Shown piece by piece: positions 16,396-26,731 of a DNA stretch of 64,000 nucleotides. The stretch is taken from assembly GCA_050633245.1 (NCBI GenBank), contig JBOEGD010000011.1, forward strand, positions 96,001 to 160,000, written 5' to 3'. Under the pieces are notes generated by a model, which saw nothing but the letters and a program-made list of their open reading frames with translations, searched no databases and was not told where the DNA came from. The DNA is from Calditrichia bacterium. GTDB taxonomy: Bacteria; Calditrichota; Calditrichia; RBG-13-44-9; J075. Numbering within the stretch: the first letter of the stretch is position 1; each line of letters begins with the position of its first letter. Both the position numbers and the translations under genes were made by a program.

Positions 16396-16481
16396 TCGCA
16401 CACTGCCCGATCCAGAAATAGGGTGTCTTCCTTTGGAGAAGATTTTTTCTGGAGATGAAAGCGGTGGCGGTTTAACCCAAG
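16396..16481 (+). ncRNA. Putative rpsB (S2) leader / t44-like cis-regulatory RNA
   Basis: CACAC...TCCAGAAA.AGGGTG...TTTCTGGA...GTGGCGG.TTAACCC lies just upstream of rpsB, in the motif order of S2 leaders (ACAC, GGGUG, GUGGAGG, UAACCC). Confidence 0.6.
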
Positions 16482-16497
16482 CGACAAGGAGCTTGCC

Positions 16498-17226
16498 ATG
16501 AAGGTTCAGCTGGAAGATCTGCTGAAAAGCGGTGTTCACTTCGGACACCTTACCCGCCGATGGAATCCCAAAATGCGCCCGTTTATTTTTCTGGAGCGTA
16601 ATAAGATCCACATTATCGACCTTAAAAAAACCATGATCAATCTGCAGAAGGCTCATGATCTTATTAAAGAGATTGTGCTATCTGGTGATGAGGTCTTGTT
16701 TGTAGGTACCAAAAAACAAGCCAAAGATATTATTCAGGCCGAAGCAGCACGCTGTGGAATGCCGTATATCGCAGAGCGCTGGCTCGGTGGTACACTGACG
16801 AACTTTTCTACCATTAAGAAAAGTATCCGTAAACTCGAAGGCCTCGAAAAGATGGTTAACGACGGAACGGTCGAAAAGCTCGTAAAGAAAGAGCGACTGA
16901 TGGTAGATCGTGAAATTGAGAAAATGAAAAAAGTCTTCGCCGGAATTCAAAATATGAAGCGTATTCCCGGTGCCGTATTTGTGGTAGATACCCGTAAGGA
17001 AGAAATCGCCGTCAAAGAAGCCCGTAAGCTAAATATTCCGGTATTTGCCATTGTTGATACCAATTGCGACCCGGATGTTGTTGATTATCCAATTCCTGGA
17101 AATGATGACTCTACCAAGTCGATCGGTATTATTACAAAAACTCTCGTCTCTGCCGTTTTGGAAGCGCGCGAAATTCGCGAAGCTAAAAAAGCCGGTGAAA
17201 AGGGACAGGCAAAATCAGACAAGTAA
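16498..17226 (+). CDS. rpsB: 30S ribosomal protein S2
   Basis: GVHFGH...RWNPKM, RWLGG.LTNF and DTNCDP...IPGNDD motifs. Confidence 0.98.
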   Translation: MKVQLEDLLKSGVHFGHLTRRWNPKMRPFIFLERNKIHIIDLKKTMINLQKAHDLIKEIVLSGDEVLFVGTKKQAKDIIQAEAARCGMPYIAERWLGGTLTNFSTIKKSIRKLEGLEKMVNDGTVEKLVKKERLMVDREIEKMKKVFAGIQNMKRIPGAVFVVDTRKEEIAVKEARKLNIPVFAIVDTNCDPDVVDYPIPGNDDSTKSIGIITKTLVSAVLEAREIREAKKAGEKGQAKSDK

Positions 17227-17262
17227 GAACATATAAAAGAGTACATAAGGAGTTAGCGCGTT

Positions 17263-17859
17263 ATGGCGGAAATTACAGCCAAACTTGTTAAGGAACTACG
17301 CGATAAAACCGGCGCCGGAATGATGGACTGCAAGAAAGCACTGCAGGAAGTTGACGGCGACGTAGAGAAAGCGATTGAGTTCCTCCGCAAAAAGGGAATT
17401 GCGAAAGCAGCCAAAAAAGCGGATCGTGAAGCAAAAGATGGTCTCGTAGAGGCCTATATCCACGCCGGCGGTAAGCTGGGTGTGCTGGTAGAAGTAAACT
17501 GCGAAACAGACTTTGTTGCCAAAACGGACGATTTCAAAGACTTCTGCCGAAATCTGGCCATGCACATTGCTGCAGCCGAGCCGGTAGCGCTTAATCGTGA
17601 GGATATGGACAGCTCGGTTATTGAAAAAGAGCTGGATATTTATCGCGACCAGGCCAAAGCCGAGGGCAAACCGGATCATATCATCGACAAAATTGCCGAA
17701 GGAAAAATCGAGAAATTCTATTCCGAAAGCGTACTGCTCGAGCAGGGCTATATTCGCGAGCCCGATCGCAGCATCAAAGACCTGTTGACCGATATGATTG
17801 GTAAGCTTGGTGAAAATATAACTATCAGTCGTTTTCAACGCTTTAAAATCGGGGACTAA
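17263..17859 (+). CDS. tsf: Elongation factor Ts (short, 198-aa form)
   Basis: [18 protein letters not shown] and [10 protein letters not shown] motifs. Confidence 0.97.
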   Translation: MAEITAKLVKELRDKTGAGMMDCKKALQEVDGDVEKAIEFLRKKGIAKAAKKADREAKDGLVEAYIHAGGKLGVLVEVNCETDFVAKTDDFKDFCRNLAMHIAAAEPVALNREDMDSSVIEKELDIYRDQAKAEGKPDHIIDKIAEGKIEKFYSESVLLEQGYIREPDRSIKDLLTDMIGKLGENITISRFQRFKIGD

Positions 17860-17862
17860 CCT

Positions 17863-18588
17863 ATGAGTAAACGCCCTGCATTTAGCCGCATACTGTTGAA
17901 GTTGAGTGGAGAATCGCTTGCCGGAAGCGATAAGTTCGGAATCCGGTTACAGGTACTTCAGACCTTTGCTGCAGAAGTGAAAAAAGTGGTTGATTTGGGC
18001 GTTCAGGTTGCACTCGTAGTTGGCGGTGGAAATATCTTTCGGGGTATTTCCAGCGCCGCCAACGAAATGGATCGCGTATCAGCCGACTATATGGGAATGC
18101 TGGCAACGGTTATCAACTCGATGGCTTTGCAAAGTGCTCTTGAAAACGTCGGTATTGATACACGAGTTCAAACCGCCATTCCAATGAACCAAATTGCCGA
18201 ACCGTTTATCAGACGAAAAGCCGTTAGACATTTGGAAAAGGGAAGAGTGGTAATATTTGCAGCTGGCACCGGAAATCCGTATTTTACTACTGATACCGCT
18301 GCCGTTCTACGCGCCGTCGAAGTTGAAGCTGAAGTTATTCTTAAAGGCACCCGCGTTGATGGCGTCTATACGGCGGATCCGGAAAAAGATCCAAATGCAA
18401 AGAAATATGATGAACTTTCTTACATGCAGGTGGTAAAACAAGAGCTTCGCGTAATGGATACAACTGCAATTACCCTGTCTATGGATAATGAACTTCCGAT
18501 TATCGTGTTTAATATGGAAAAAGAAGATAATCTGAGGCGCGTTGTTGAAGGCGACGCTATTGGAACAAAAGTAAGGAGTGACGCATGA
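17863..18588 (+). CDS. pyrH: UMP kinase
   Basis: [23 protein letters not shown] and [10 protein letters not shown] motifs. Confidence 0.98.
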   Translation: MSKRPAFSRILLKLSGESLAGSDKFGIRLQVLQTFAAEVKKVVDLGVQVALVVGGGNIFRGISSAANEMDRVSADYMGMLATVINSMALQSALENVGIDTRVQTAIPMNQIAEPFIRRKAVRHLEKGRVVIFAAGTGNPYFTTDTAAVLRAVEVEAEVILKGTRVDGVYTADPEKDPNAKKYDELSYMQVVKQELRVMDTTAITLSMDNELPIIVFNMEKEDNLRRVVEGDAIGTKVRSDA

Positions 18589-19145
18589 GTCTCGAAACAA
18601 TTTATACTGACACAAAAGGCCGAATGGATAAGTCGGTTGATCATCTCTTAACCGAACTCGCTAAGGTTAGAACCGGACGCGCTACACCGGCATTGCTGGA
18701 CTCGGTGAAGGTTGATTATTATGGAACGAAAACACCTCTTGGGCAGGTCGCTTCGGTTTCTGCACCTGAACCACGTTTGCTCGTTGTTCAGCCCTGGGAA
18801 AAGAATCTGATTCCCGAGATCGAAAAGGAAATCATTGCTGCCGATTTAGGCCTGAATCCATCAAACGATGGAACGCTGGTTCGTATTCCAATTCCTGAAT
18901 TAAGCGATGAACGTCGTCAGAATCTTCTTAAGATGGTCAAGAAATCTTGTGAAGAAGCGCGCGTTGCAATTCGTAACGTACGTCGTGATGCCAATGACAG
19001 CGTGAAAAAACTTGAAAAAGATCATGATATCTCTGAAGATAACAGTCATGATGCCATCGAGAAAATTCAGGGATTTACCAACGACCACATCAAAAAGGTC
19101 GATGGCATTCTTGAAAAGAAGGAAAAAGAACTGATTGGTGACTAA
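18585..19145 (+). CDS. frr: Ribosome recycling factor
   Basis: RTGRA.P..LD...VDYYG, LGLNP.NDG and AIRNVRRD motifs. Confidence 0.98.
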   Translation: MSLETIYTDTKGRMDKSVDHLLTELAKVRTGRATPALLDSVKVDYYGTKTPLGQVASVSAPEPRLLVVQPWEKNLIPEIEKEIIAADLGLNPSNDGTLVRIPIPELSDERRQNLLKMVKKSCEEARVAIRNVRRDANDSVKKLEKDHDISEDNSHDAIEKIQGFTNDHIKKVDGILEKKEKELIGD

Positions 19146-19173
19146 GAGAGCAAATACAACACTTTGATATTGC

Positions 19174-19202
19174 GAGCCGGGGACCTCTCCGGCTCTTTTT
19201 TT
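19174..19202 (+). terminator. Intrinsic terminator after frr
   Basis: GAGCCGGGG-ACCT-CTCCGGCTC-TTTTTTT. Confidence 0.85.
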
Positions 19203-19207
19203 ATGCC

Positions 19208-20368
19208 ATGAAAAAAAGAATCCTCATTATTGCAGGTGAAGCATCCGGCGATCATCATGCCGCAGATATGCTGGCCGTACTTCGGAAAAGTGAACCCGAT
19301 TGGCAGTTTGTCGGAATCGGTGGCGATTCTATGCAGAAGCAAGGGGTTCAACTTACCTATCATATTTCCCAAATGGCATTTTTAGGTGTCAGCGAAATAG
19401 TAAAACACCTCCCCTTTATTCGCATTGTAAAAAAAGCGATGGAGGCCGAGATGGATAGGGGAGTGGATGCCGTTTTGCTGGTTGATTATCCCGGCTTTAA
19501 CCTGTTGCTTGCAAATAGTGCGCGTAAACGCGGAATTCCCGTCATGTATTATATCAGTCCGCAGCTTTGGGCTTGGCGCGAAGGACGTGTAGAGAAAATT
19601 CGCAAGCGCGTTGGCTTAATGATGGTGATTTTTAAATTTGAACAGGAATTCTACGCCCGGCATGGAATTCGTGCTGAATTCGTGGGACATCCGCTGGCTG
19701 ATCAGCTCAAGGAGACCTCAGAAAATTCCGCATTCCGGCAAACCCACGCCATTCCTGAAGGCAAACGCATTCTCGGTTTGTTCCCGGGGTCTCGTGAAAT
19801 GGAAGTGCGGAAGTTGTTGCCGGAAATGCTTCGTGCCGTGCAACAGCTCTCCGAAAATGATAACGTTATTGCAGTCGTCGGCAAGGCCGGCAATTTGCCC
19901 GATTCGCTGTACGACGAAGTTGCCGCAGATACTCCTGCTGTGCAGTTTATTGCGGATGACAGTAAGCGGTTAATGGAACATTCGTTTGCTGCTCTGGCGG
20001 CAAGTGGAACTGCCACACTGGAACTTGGATTTCTACAAACACCTCTTATTGTGCTCTATACCGTCTCCCCACTTACCTACTGGCTTGGCCGAATGCTGAT
20101 TAAGGTAGATGCTATTTCTCTTGCCAATATCGTCCTGGGTGAAAAGGTTGTCCCCGAACTGATTCAAAAAGAAATGACGGCTGATGGTATTGTGCATGAA
20201 CTGCGTCGCTACCTGGATGATGAAGCCTATTATAAAGATGTCAAAGAAAAATTGGGCGGTATTCGTCCCGCATTGGGTGGGTCTGGAGCGGCAAAAAAAG
20301 CAGCTGAAGCGGTTACAGGCTTTCTGCATGGAACAATTCCATCGCTAAAAAAGTCATCCTCCGAATAA
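19208..20368 (+). CDS. lpxB: Lipid-A-disaccharide synthase
   Basis: AGEASGD, VDYPGFN, YISPQLWAWR, FVGHPL, PGSR and ASGTATLE motifs. Confidence 0.96.
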   Translation: MKKRILIIAGEASGDHHAADMLAVLRKSEPDWQFVGIGGDSMQKQGVQLTYHISQMAFLGVSEIVKHLPFIRIVKKAMEAEMDRGVDAVLLVDYPGFNLLLANSARKRGIPVMYYISPQLWAWREGRVEKIRKRVGLMMVIFKFEQEFYARHGIRAEFVGHPLADQLKETSENSAFRQTHAIPEGKRILGLFPGSREMEVRKLLPEMLRAVQQLSENDNVIAVVGKAGNLPDSLYDEVAADTPAVQFIADDSKRLMEHSFAALAASGTATLELGFLQTPLIVLYTVSPLTYWLGRMLIKVDAISLANIVLGEKVVPELIQKEMTADGIVHELRRYLDDEAYYKDVKEKLGGIRPALGGSGAAKKAAEAVTGFLHGTIPSLKKSSSE

Positions 20369-20482
20369 AACCTGCAGCAGAATATTATGCACCAGCCGGC
20401 ATATCTTGCACAAAAAATGCCGGAACTGATTTAACCAGCTCCGGCAATTCGCTCCTAACTCCCGACTCAAAATTTACTTAAG

Positions 20483-20734
20483 TCAATAATTTGCGATTTC
20501 AAATGCCTGGTCTCTCGAATAGACAATCTTTCGCACGGTTTCCACAGAAAGATAGGGAAACTCCTCCTGAAGTTGGGCAATAATGTCCTTTGGCTTTTGC
20601 CTGTCTTTACGTTCGCTGAATGTTGCGCGAATGTAAAAGTCGCGAATAGCACGTTCATTGAGGAACCCCTTTTCCCAAAGTTGTGCAAACATCGCATCGT
20701 CCAGATAGTCCCGTAGGGGATTGCTACGCATCAC
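20483..20734 (-). CDS. Small hypothetical protein (possible helix-turn-helix-like)
   Basis: Strong SD AGGAGG, 83 aa, C-terminal II..LQEEFPYLSVETVRKIVY, followed by a hairpin at 20418-20446. Confidence 0.7.
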   Translation of the reverse strand: MMRSNPLRDYLDDAMFAQLWEKGFLNERAIRDFYIRATFSERKDRQKPKDIIAQLQEEFPYLSVETVRKIVYSRDQAFEIANY

Positions 20735-21055
20735 TATACCTCCTGATTTTTAGTGAAATACCCTCATAACGCATGAAGAATGCGCAGTAGCATTAGGTTC
20801 TTGAGGCAACCCTCCTGAATGGATGTGTGGCGTAAATCTATTTCGAATTTAAGAAAAAATGGCTGGTAGCACTAGTCGATGGCAAATAGGGGTTTATGTT
20901 AGACTTAAACAGAATATAAGGGACAGATTTTTGAAAACAAGGGGAATATTGGGTATCTTATTTGATTCTTAGAAGTTGTTTCCCTGAAAGAAAAAATTTC
21001 TTAGCTTCATATCAATTCGTCAGTCACCACTTCCTGCGATGCAAACGGATAGGCA

Positions 21056-21670
21056 ATGATAACGCTTACTGCAGAAAAAATTGGCCATCACTACGCCGGA
21101 CGTACTATTCTTAAAGACATCTCCTTTAGCATAAACAGTGGACAATGTCTTGCAATTGTTGGTCCCAACGGCTCGGGCAAGAGCACGCTTGTTAAAATAC
21201 TGTCCGGCCTGCTTTCTGCCAAAACCGGGACGCATGAATACTCTGAAAGTACCGAACCACTAGAGAATTTTCAGCGACGAATTGGACTTGTAACGCCCTA
21301 CCTGCAGTTATACCGTGACTTAACTGCATTGGAAAATTTGACTTTCTTTGCCTCTGCGCACCAAATTGCTTTGGACAATGAGCGAATAAAAGCGCTTTTT
21401 GCAGAGGTCGGCCTTGTTGGGCGAGAGCATGATGCTCTGCGGAGCTATTCCTCGGGAATGATGCAACGTGCAAAATACATAATGGCTCTCTACCACCAGC
21501 CAGACATTCTGATTCTCGACGAGCCAACAGCCAATCTGGATCAGAGTGGTTGCGATATGGTGTATGCTCTTATCGAAAAGATGCGCTCAGAAAAACTGGT
21601 TGTTCTGGCAACAAATGAACCGCGTGAAGCGGCCCTCGCAGACAAGGGGGTGCCCGTTGTTACGAAATAG
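21056..21670 (+). CDS. ccmA: Heme exporter ATP-binding subunit
   Basis: Walker A GPNGSGKST, YSSGMMQR signature and ILDEP; first gene of the ccm operon. Confidence 0.88.
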   Translation: MITLTAEKIGHHYAGRTILKDISFSINSGQCLAIVGPNGSGKSTLVKILSGLLSAKTGTHEYSESTEPLENFQRRIGLVTPYLQLYRDLTALENLTFFASAHQIALDNERIKALFAEVGLVGREHDALRSYSSGMMQRAKYIMALYHQPDILILDEPTANLDQSGCDMVYALIEKMRSEKLVVLATNEPREAALADKGVPVVTK

Positions 21671-22319
21671 TCTGAACGTTCTGCGTAAAGATTTTCAGCT
21701 TGAGTTCCGCACCCGCTACTCTTTGAATGCAATCGCGCTCTTTGCTGTTACCACATTGGTGGCGGTAGGATATTCTATTGCACCGGTTCGCCTGGATGAA
21801 TTGGTTTTGGCACCACTGCTGTGGATTATCATTTTTTTCTCGGCAATGTCCGGATTGTCTCATGTCTTTGTACGCGAAGAGGAGCAGCAAACTGCCGATA
21901 CCCTCAGATTGCTCTTTAAACCAGAGGAGGTACTGCTTGGGAAGTGGCTGTTTAATGTGCTGCTTCTTTTTGCACTTGTTGCTTTGGTGGTGCCACTTTT
22001 TGTGGCAGTAATGAACGCAACTGTGCAGAATGTGGCCATATTGCTTGCAACGCTTGCACTTGGAAGTTTGGCCTTGGCAACCGCTTCTACGATAATAGGG
22101 GCGATTATTTCACTTTCCGGAAATCGTGGCGCATTATTTGCAGTTCTATCTTTCCCAATAGCCTTACCCGTTTTGATCTCTTCAATTCACAGCACTAGAT
22201 TAGCGATGACTGGTGCGCCATTTTCCGATTGTTTGGCAGACTTGAAGTTGCTATTTTCCTTTGTTGTTGTTCTGTTTACTGCGTCCTGGCTACTGTTTGA
22301 TTTTGTATGGAAAAAATAG
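21657..22319 (+). CDS. ccmB: Heme exporter permease CcmB
   Basis: KD..LE.R, F.RE.E..T.D.L and L.FPI.LPVL motifs. Probable TTG start at 21657 after AAGGGGG. Confidence 0.88.
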   Translation: MLRNSLNVLRKDFQLEFRTRYSLNAIALFAVTTLVAVGYSIAPVRLDELVLAPLLWIIIFFSAMSGLSHVFVREEEQQTADTLRLLFKPEEVLLGKWLFNVLLLFALVALVVPLFVAVMNATVQNVAILLATLALGSLALATASTIIGAIISLSGNRGALFAVLSFPIALPVLISSIHSTRLAMTGAPFSDCLADLKLLFSFVVVLFTASWLLFDFVWKK

Positions 22320-22331
22320 AGAATATACGAT

Positions 22332-23006
22332 ATGTTGGCAATTGAAAATTGGTGGAAATGGCTGCTGGGTAGCGGTATGTGCGTGGTTATCTGGGCGGCA
22401 TTTTTATATGCACCTCCGGCGAAAGCCTTGGGAGAATCGACGAGAATTCTGTTTTTTCATGTACCATGTGCATGGGTTGGAACGCTGGCCTTTTTTGTTT
22501 CGGCATGGGCAAGCTTTCGCTATTTGAGAACGAATGATTTGTCGTATGATCACTCAGCACATGCTGCAGCACACATTGGTTTTATCTTTACGGTATTGGC
22601 GACGGCTACCGGCTCGATTTGGGCGAAGGAAATCTGGCAGTCCTATTGGAATTGGGATCCGAGACAAACATCTATTTTTATCCTGCTGCTAATCTATGCC
22701 GCCTACTTTGCATTGCGCTCTTCTTTGGAAGATGAAGATACCCGCGCACGTCTAGGGGCCGTCTATTCGATGATCGCCTGTGTGACGGTGCCCTTTCTGG
22801 TATTCATCGTCCCGCGTATTTACGACTCTTTGCATCCCGATCCGATTATCAACGATCAGGCCAAGATTAATATGAATGCTGCAATGCAGCATGTTTTTTG
22901 GGGATCACTCCTTTGTTTTACTATTCTTTTCAGATGGATGCTTCAGCTAAAGAAGCGAAGTCTTATTATTCAACATCGACTGGAACTCGCGCGCCGCGCC
23001 AACTAG
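22332..23006 (+). CDS. ccmC: Heme exporter/delivery protein CcmC
   Basis: FHVP, WWD motif TGSIWAK..W.SYWNWDPR and SLHP. Confidence 0.93.
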   Translation: MLAIENWWKWLLGSGMCVVIWAAFLYAPPAKALGESTRILFFHVPCAWVGTLAFFVSAWASFRYLRTNDLSYDHSAHAAAHIGFIFTVLATATGSIWAKEIWQSYWNWDPRQTSIFILLLIYAAYFALRSSLEDEDTRARLGAVYSMIACVTVPFLVFIVPRIYDSLHPDPIINDQAKINMNAAMQHVFWGSLLCFTILFRWMLQLKKRSLIIQHRLELARRAN

Positions 23007-23016
23007 GAACTTAATC

Positions 23017-23259
23017 ATGTTAAAATCAATTACATATTTAGCAGACGCAGGCACTAACATGTTAACACTGCTTATGAAGCCGCTACAGGAAGCAGCTGGT
23101 GCAAGTCAACCACTACAGACGGTAAAGGACGTCGGCAACGACATCTATATTGTCTTAACGGTTACAATGATGGTTTGGATCGGTTTATTTCTTTATATGC
23201 TGCTGATGGAACGTCGCGTAAAAGACGTTGAGAATAAACTGGATCAGCTTAGTAAGTGA
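23017..23259 (+). CDS. ccmD: CcmD-like small membrane protein (start may be 23059)
   Basis: Single TM (VW.GLF.Y) plus a charged coiled tail; lies between ccmC and ccmE. Confidence 0.65.
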   Translation: MLKSITYLADAGTNMLTLLMKPLQEAAGASQPLQTVKDVGNDIYIVLTVTMMVWIGLFLYMLLMERRVKDVENKLDQLSK

Positions 23260-23335
23260 AAATAGCATTGATTATCAATCTCACATTTGTTAATTTTTTC
23301 TCAAAGTGCATTTGGAAATGCAAAGGAGATAAAAA

Positions 23336-23719
23336 ATGAGCACAAAATACATTGTTGGCGGTATTATAATTCTGGCCTTTATGATCTTTGCGGGCATGAA
23401 TTTAGGTGATTCTCTGACGCCGTATGTTTCGATAAAAGAGGCCCGTATGAAGGGGACTAAGGTTCAGGTGAAAGGCGCACGTGTTGAAGGAACAGCAAAC
23501 TACGACGCGCAGCGAAAGACATTCAACTTTAAGCTGAGCGATCCTGACGGTGAAGAAGTGCAGGTAATTTATGATGGCCTTCGCCCGTCGAACTTTGAGC
23601 GTGCAAAGGAAGTTGTTGCAATCGGGAAATATCACAATGGCGAATTTCTGGCAAGCGAACTACTGATAAAATGCCCCTCCAAATATGAGGCAGAAGAAAT
23701 GGACGGGGTACGTTCATGA
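23336..23719 (+). CDS. ccmE: Heme chaperone CcmE, CxxxY variant
   Basis: V.Y.G..P.NF....VVA.G......F.A..LL.KCPSKY motif. Confidence 0.92.
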   Translation: MSTKYIVGGIIILAFMIFAGMNLGDSLTPYVSIKEARMKGTKVQVKGARVEGTANYDAQRKTFNFKLSDPDGEEVQVIYDGLRPSNFERAKEVVAIGKYHNGEFLASELLIKCPSKYEAEEMDGVRS

Positions 23720-25980
23720 GTGAATTTATGACGTCTGTTGTATCCAATGCAGGTTACATGTTGGTATCCTTTGCCTTTGCCAGCTGTCTGGTTTCCATAA
23801 CTGCTTTTTTCCTGTATTACCGAGACAAAAACGAGCAGCTTTACAAGATTGCTACAAAAGCATTTTACGCAATGACTATTGCGGCTGTGATTACGCTGAT
23901 TTCCCTGGTTTTATTAATAATGACGCATCAGTTTCAGTTTAACTATGTGTACAGTTATTCCTCCACAGCACTAAATAAGTTCTATTTATTCGCAACGCTT
24001 TGGGCCGGACAAGAAGGGACGCTGCTTATGTGGCTGACCTATGGATGTATTTACGGCATCCTGCTTATTCGCAGCTTAGGGCGTAAGATGCCGCTGGCGC
24101 TGGTCTTTTTAGGGCTGGTTCAGGGAGTGCTGCTTTGGATTCTCCACGTAAAGAATCCTTTCCCGCTGGTTTGGCATACCTTTGAGCAGGTACCGATTGG
24201 TTTCTTCCCGCAGGAAGGCGCTGGCTTAAATCCCCTGCTGCAAAATCCCTGGATGGTGATTCATCCGCCGACGCTGTTTGTCGGATACAGTTCAACCGTT
24301 GTCGCATTTGCGATCGCCATGTCTGCTTTGGTGACAGGTGATCGAACGGAATGGGTAAAAGCGGCTCGCCCCTGGGTTGTCTTCAATGTAATGATCCTGG
24401 GGACGGGGATTATTATGGGTGGCTACTGGGCTTACATCACGCTTGGTTGGGGTGGCTACTGGGGCTGGGACCCGGTGGAAAATGCCTCACTTGTTCCGTG
24501 GTTGTTTAGTGTGGTGTTACTGCATGGAATTCTGATTCAAAGCAAGCGCGGCTCTCTGGTGAAGAGCAATCTGTTCTTTGCCGGTGCTTCATTTCTGACT
24601 ATGGTTTGGGGATCGTATCTAACTCGGTCCGGTGTTCTGACAGACTTCTCTGTTCATTCATTTGCACCGAGTGGTCTAAATTTTTATCTGGTAATGTTTC
24701 AACTGATCTTTACCGGGTTGTTTCTTGGTTTTTTTATTCGGTTTGTAAGACAGGAGCAGGCTGATGGAGTTGAATCCGTAACATTCGGTGATGGTTTTTT
24801 GAATCGTGAAACATTTATGCTGATGGGCATTTTGGTATTGCTTCTCAATGCAATATTTGTCCTGTTGGGCACGTCTGCTCCACTGTATACACGGTTGTGG
24901 GGAGATGCAACCAGCGTTGCGCCGGATTTCTACAATACGATGACGGTACCGATCGCCTTCTTCATACTGCTTGGACTAGGTATTGCGCCGCTATTGGCCT
25001 GGAAAACGTCCGAACTTCGCAATGTGCCAACCATTATCTGGAGCGCCGGTATTGCTGCAATGGCAACCGTTGCTGCCATGGGATTTGGGTTGACGCACTT
25101 GAATGCTGCGGTACTGTTTTTTATGGCTATGTTTGTCATATCGGTTAACCTTCGAGTGGTATGGTTGTTTTTGCGCAATAATTTTGATGCGGCCGGAGGC
25201 TATCTTGCACATGTTGGCTGGGCATTTATGGCGATTGGAATTATTACATCTTCGATGTATGAAAGTAGTGAAAAGATTCTGTTGCCAAAGGATACCTTTA
25301 CGCAAACCGATCTTGGTTATGAGATAAAGTTTCTTGGCTTTCGGGATATGCCGGATGGCAAAGATCAGGTGCGCCTGATGGTAAAAACGGCCGATCAATC
25401 GTCCTATGAAGCCAATCCACGCTTTTATTACAGTGATTACTCCAAGGCCTTTATGATTACTCCTGACGTGAAAATGAAGTTTGGTAAAGACGTGTATATA
25501 TCGCCAATTTCATTTACACCGGCAGAATTGGGCGATAAGCAGATGATCCTGCTGAGTAAAGGACAAAGCACAAATGTAGGCACACTGCAGGTTACCTTTA
25601 ATGACTTTATTACCAAGATGGGCGCTTCACGTCAAGAGGTTACAGCAGATCTAAAGGTGGTGACCGGCGTAAATAGTTATGGCGATGCGATTAGCGTTCA
25701 GCCGGTAATTATTGCTGATCAGGGGCAAATGAATAGTGAGCCGGTTGACGTACCTGGAACGGATTATCGCATTGCGATTACTCGTGTAAATGCCAATAAT
25801 GGACAGGTCGAACTGGAAATCTCATCGCCTTCGGAAAACCAGGCTGATGTTAAGGATACTATGGCGATTGAGCTTCGTGAGAAACCGCTGATCAGTATCC
25901 TTTGGTTCGGAACATTAATCTTTGTTTTCGGCTCGATGTTGTCACTCAGACATCGCGTCCGTCGCAGGCGTAAAGATTAG
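23716..25980 (+). CDS. ccmF: Cytochrome c heme lyase CcmF with soluble C-terminal extension
   Basis: WAGQEG, GLNPLLQN.WM.IHPP, WGGYWGWDPVEN and TRSGVL..SVHSF motifs. Confidence 0.95.
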   Translation: MSEFMTSVVSNAGYMLVSFAFASCLVSITAFFLYYRDKNEQLYKIATKAFYAMTIAAVITLISLVLLIMTHQFQFNYVYSYSSTALNKFYLFATLWAGQEGTLLMWLTYGCIYGILLIRSLGRKMPLALVFLGLVQGVLLWILHVKNPFPLVWHTFEQVPIGFFPQEGAGLNPLLQNPWMVIHPPTLFVGYSSTVVAFAIAMSALVTGDRTEWVKAARPWVVFNVMILGTGIIMGGYWAYITLGWGGYWGWDPVENASLVPWLFSVVLLHGILIQSKRGSLVKSNLFFAGASFLTMVWGSYLTRSGVLTDFSVHSFAPSGLNFYLVMFQLIFTGLFLGFFIRFVRQEQADGVESVTFGDGFLNRETFMLMGILVLLLNAIFVLLGTSAPLYTRLWGDATSVAPDFYNTMTVPIAFFILLGLGIAPLLAWKTSELRNVPTIIWSAGIAAMATVAAMGFGLTHLNAAVLFFMAMFVISVNLRVVWLFLRNNFDAAGGYLAHVGWAFMAIGIITSSMYESSEKILLPKDTFTQTDLGYEIKFLGFRDMPDGKDQVRLMVKTADQSSYEANPRFYYSDYSKAFMITPDVKMKFGKDVYISPISFTPAELGDKQMILLSKGQSTNVGTLQVTFNDFITKMGASRQEVTADLKVVTGVNSYGDAISVQPVIIADQGQMNSEPVDVPGTDYRIAITRVNANNGQVELEISSPSENQADVKDTMAIELREKPLISILWFGTLIFVFGSMLSLRHRVRRRRKD

Positions 25981-26051
25981 TGCCGGAGTCGATTTGTCTG
26001 GCGGATCCGAGAAAGGTCCGCTGACTGCCCATCAGACAGTGAAAGTTGCTT

Positions 26052-26600
26052 ATGAAGTGGATCTTAGTTAGTTGTATTATCGCCCTCATCATTATTCTTC
26101 CGACCTATCTCTACAGTCAGTTTACCCTCAAGAATGTCGAGAAACGTATCGAGCGTGAACATTCTGTGAAACACATGACTGTCGATTCGCTGCATGCTGC
26201 TCTTTCTGAGAACGACTCTGCAAATTTTGTTCTTTTTGATGTGAGAGAGAAAGATGAATATGATGTTAGCCATCTTCCCAACGCTGTTCAGCTTGATCCC
26301 GGCATTACGCCGGATGAGTTTATTAATACCCACTCCGATAATCTGGATGGAAAGCACGCAGTTTTTTATTGCTCGGTAGGGAAGCGAAGTGCTATTCTTA
26401 TTGAAAAACTCGATGCTGCTGCGCGTGAAGCGGGGGCGACAGAACTGTCTAACCTAAAGGGTAGCATCTTCCGCTGGTATAACTCAGGTTTTCCTGTTTA
26501 CAATGCTTCAGGAGAAACGTCGCAGGTTCATCCCTATGATAAAAAATGGGGTGTCCTTCTCAATAAACGCAGTGAATCCGACAGCTCAACAAATCGCTAG
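26052..26600 (+). CDS. Membrane-anchored rhodanese-like protein
   Basis: DVRE..EY.VSHL..A, YCSVG.RS and NL.GSIF.W motifs. Confidence 0.85.
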   Translation: MKWILVSCIIALIIILPTYLYSQFTLKNVEKRIEREHSVKHMTVDSLHAALSENDSANFVLFDVREKDEYDVSHLPNAVQLDPGITPDEFINTHSDNLDGKHAVFYCSVGKRSAILIEKLDAAAREAGATELSNLKGSIFRWYNSGFPVYNASGETSQVHPYDKKWGVLLNKRSESDSSTNR

Positions 26601-26731
26601 AAGCCTCTCTTATTACGCCCCCGTGACAATGTCAATTTAAAATGGTCATAAATACAGAGCTTTTATATGATTAAGATTGAATTGGCAGGACTTTCTTACT
26701 ATATTCTGACCACAAAATCGACTCTGACTTT

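Noticed and set aside
20750-20809. 19-codon uORF upstream of the small protein gene
   Set aside because: Its TTG lies only 1 nt after GGAGG, too close for normal initiation.
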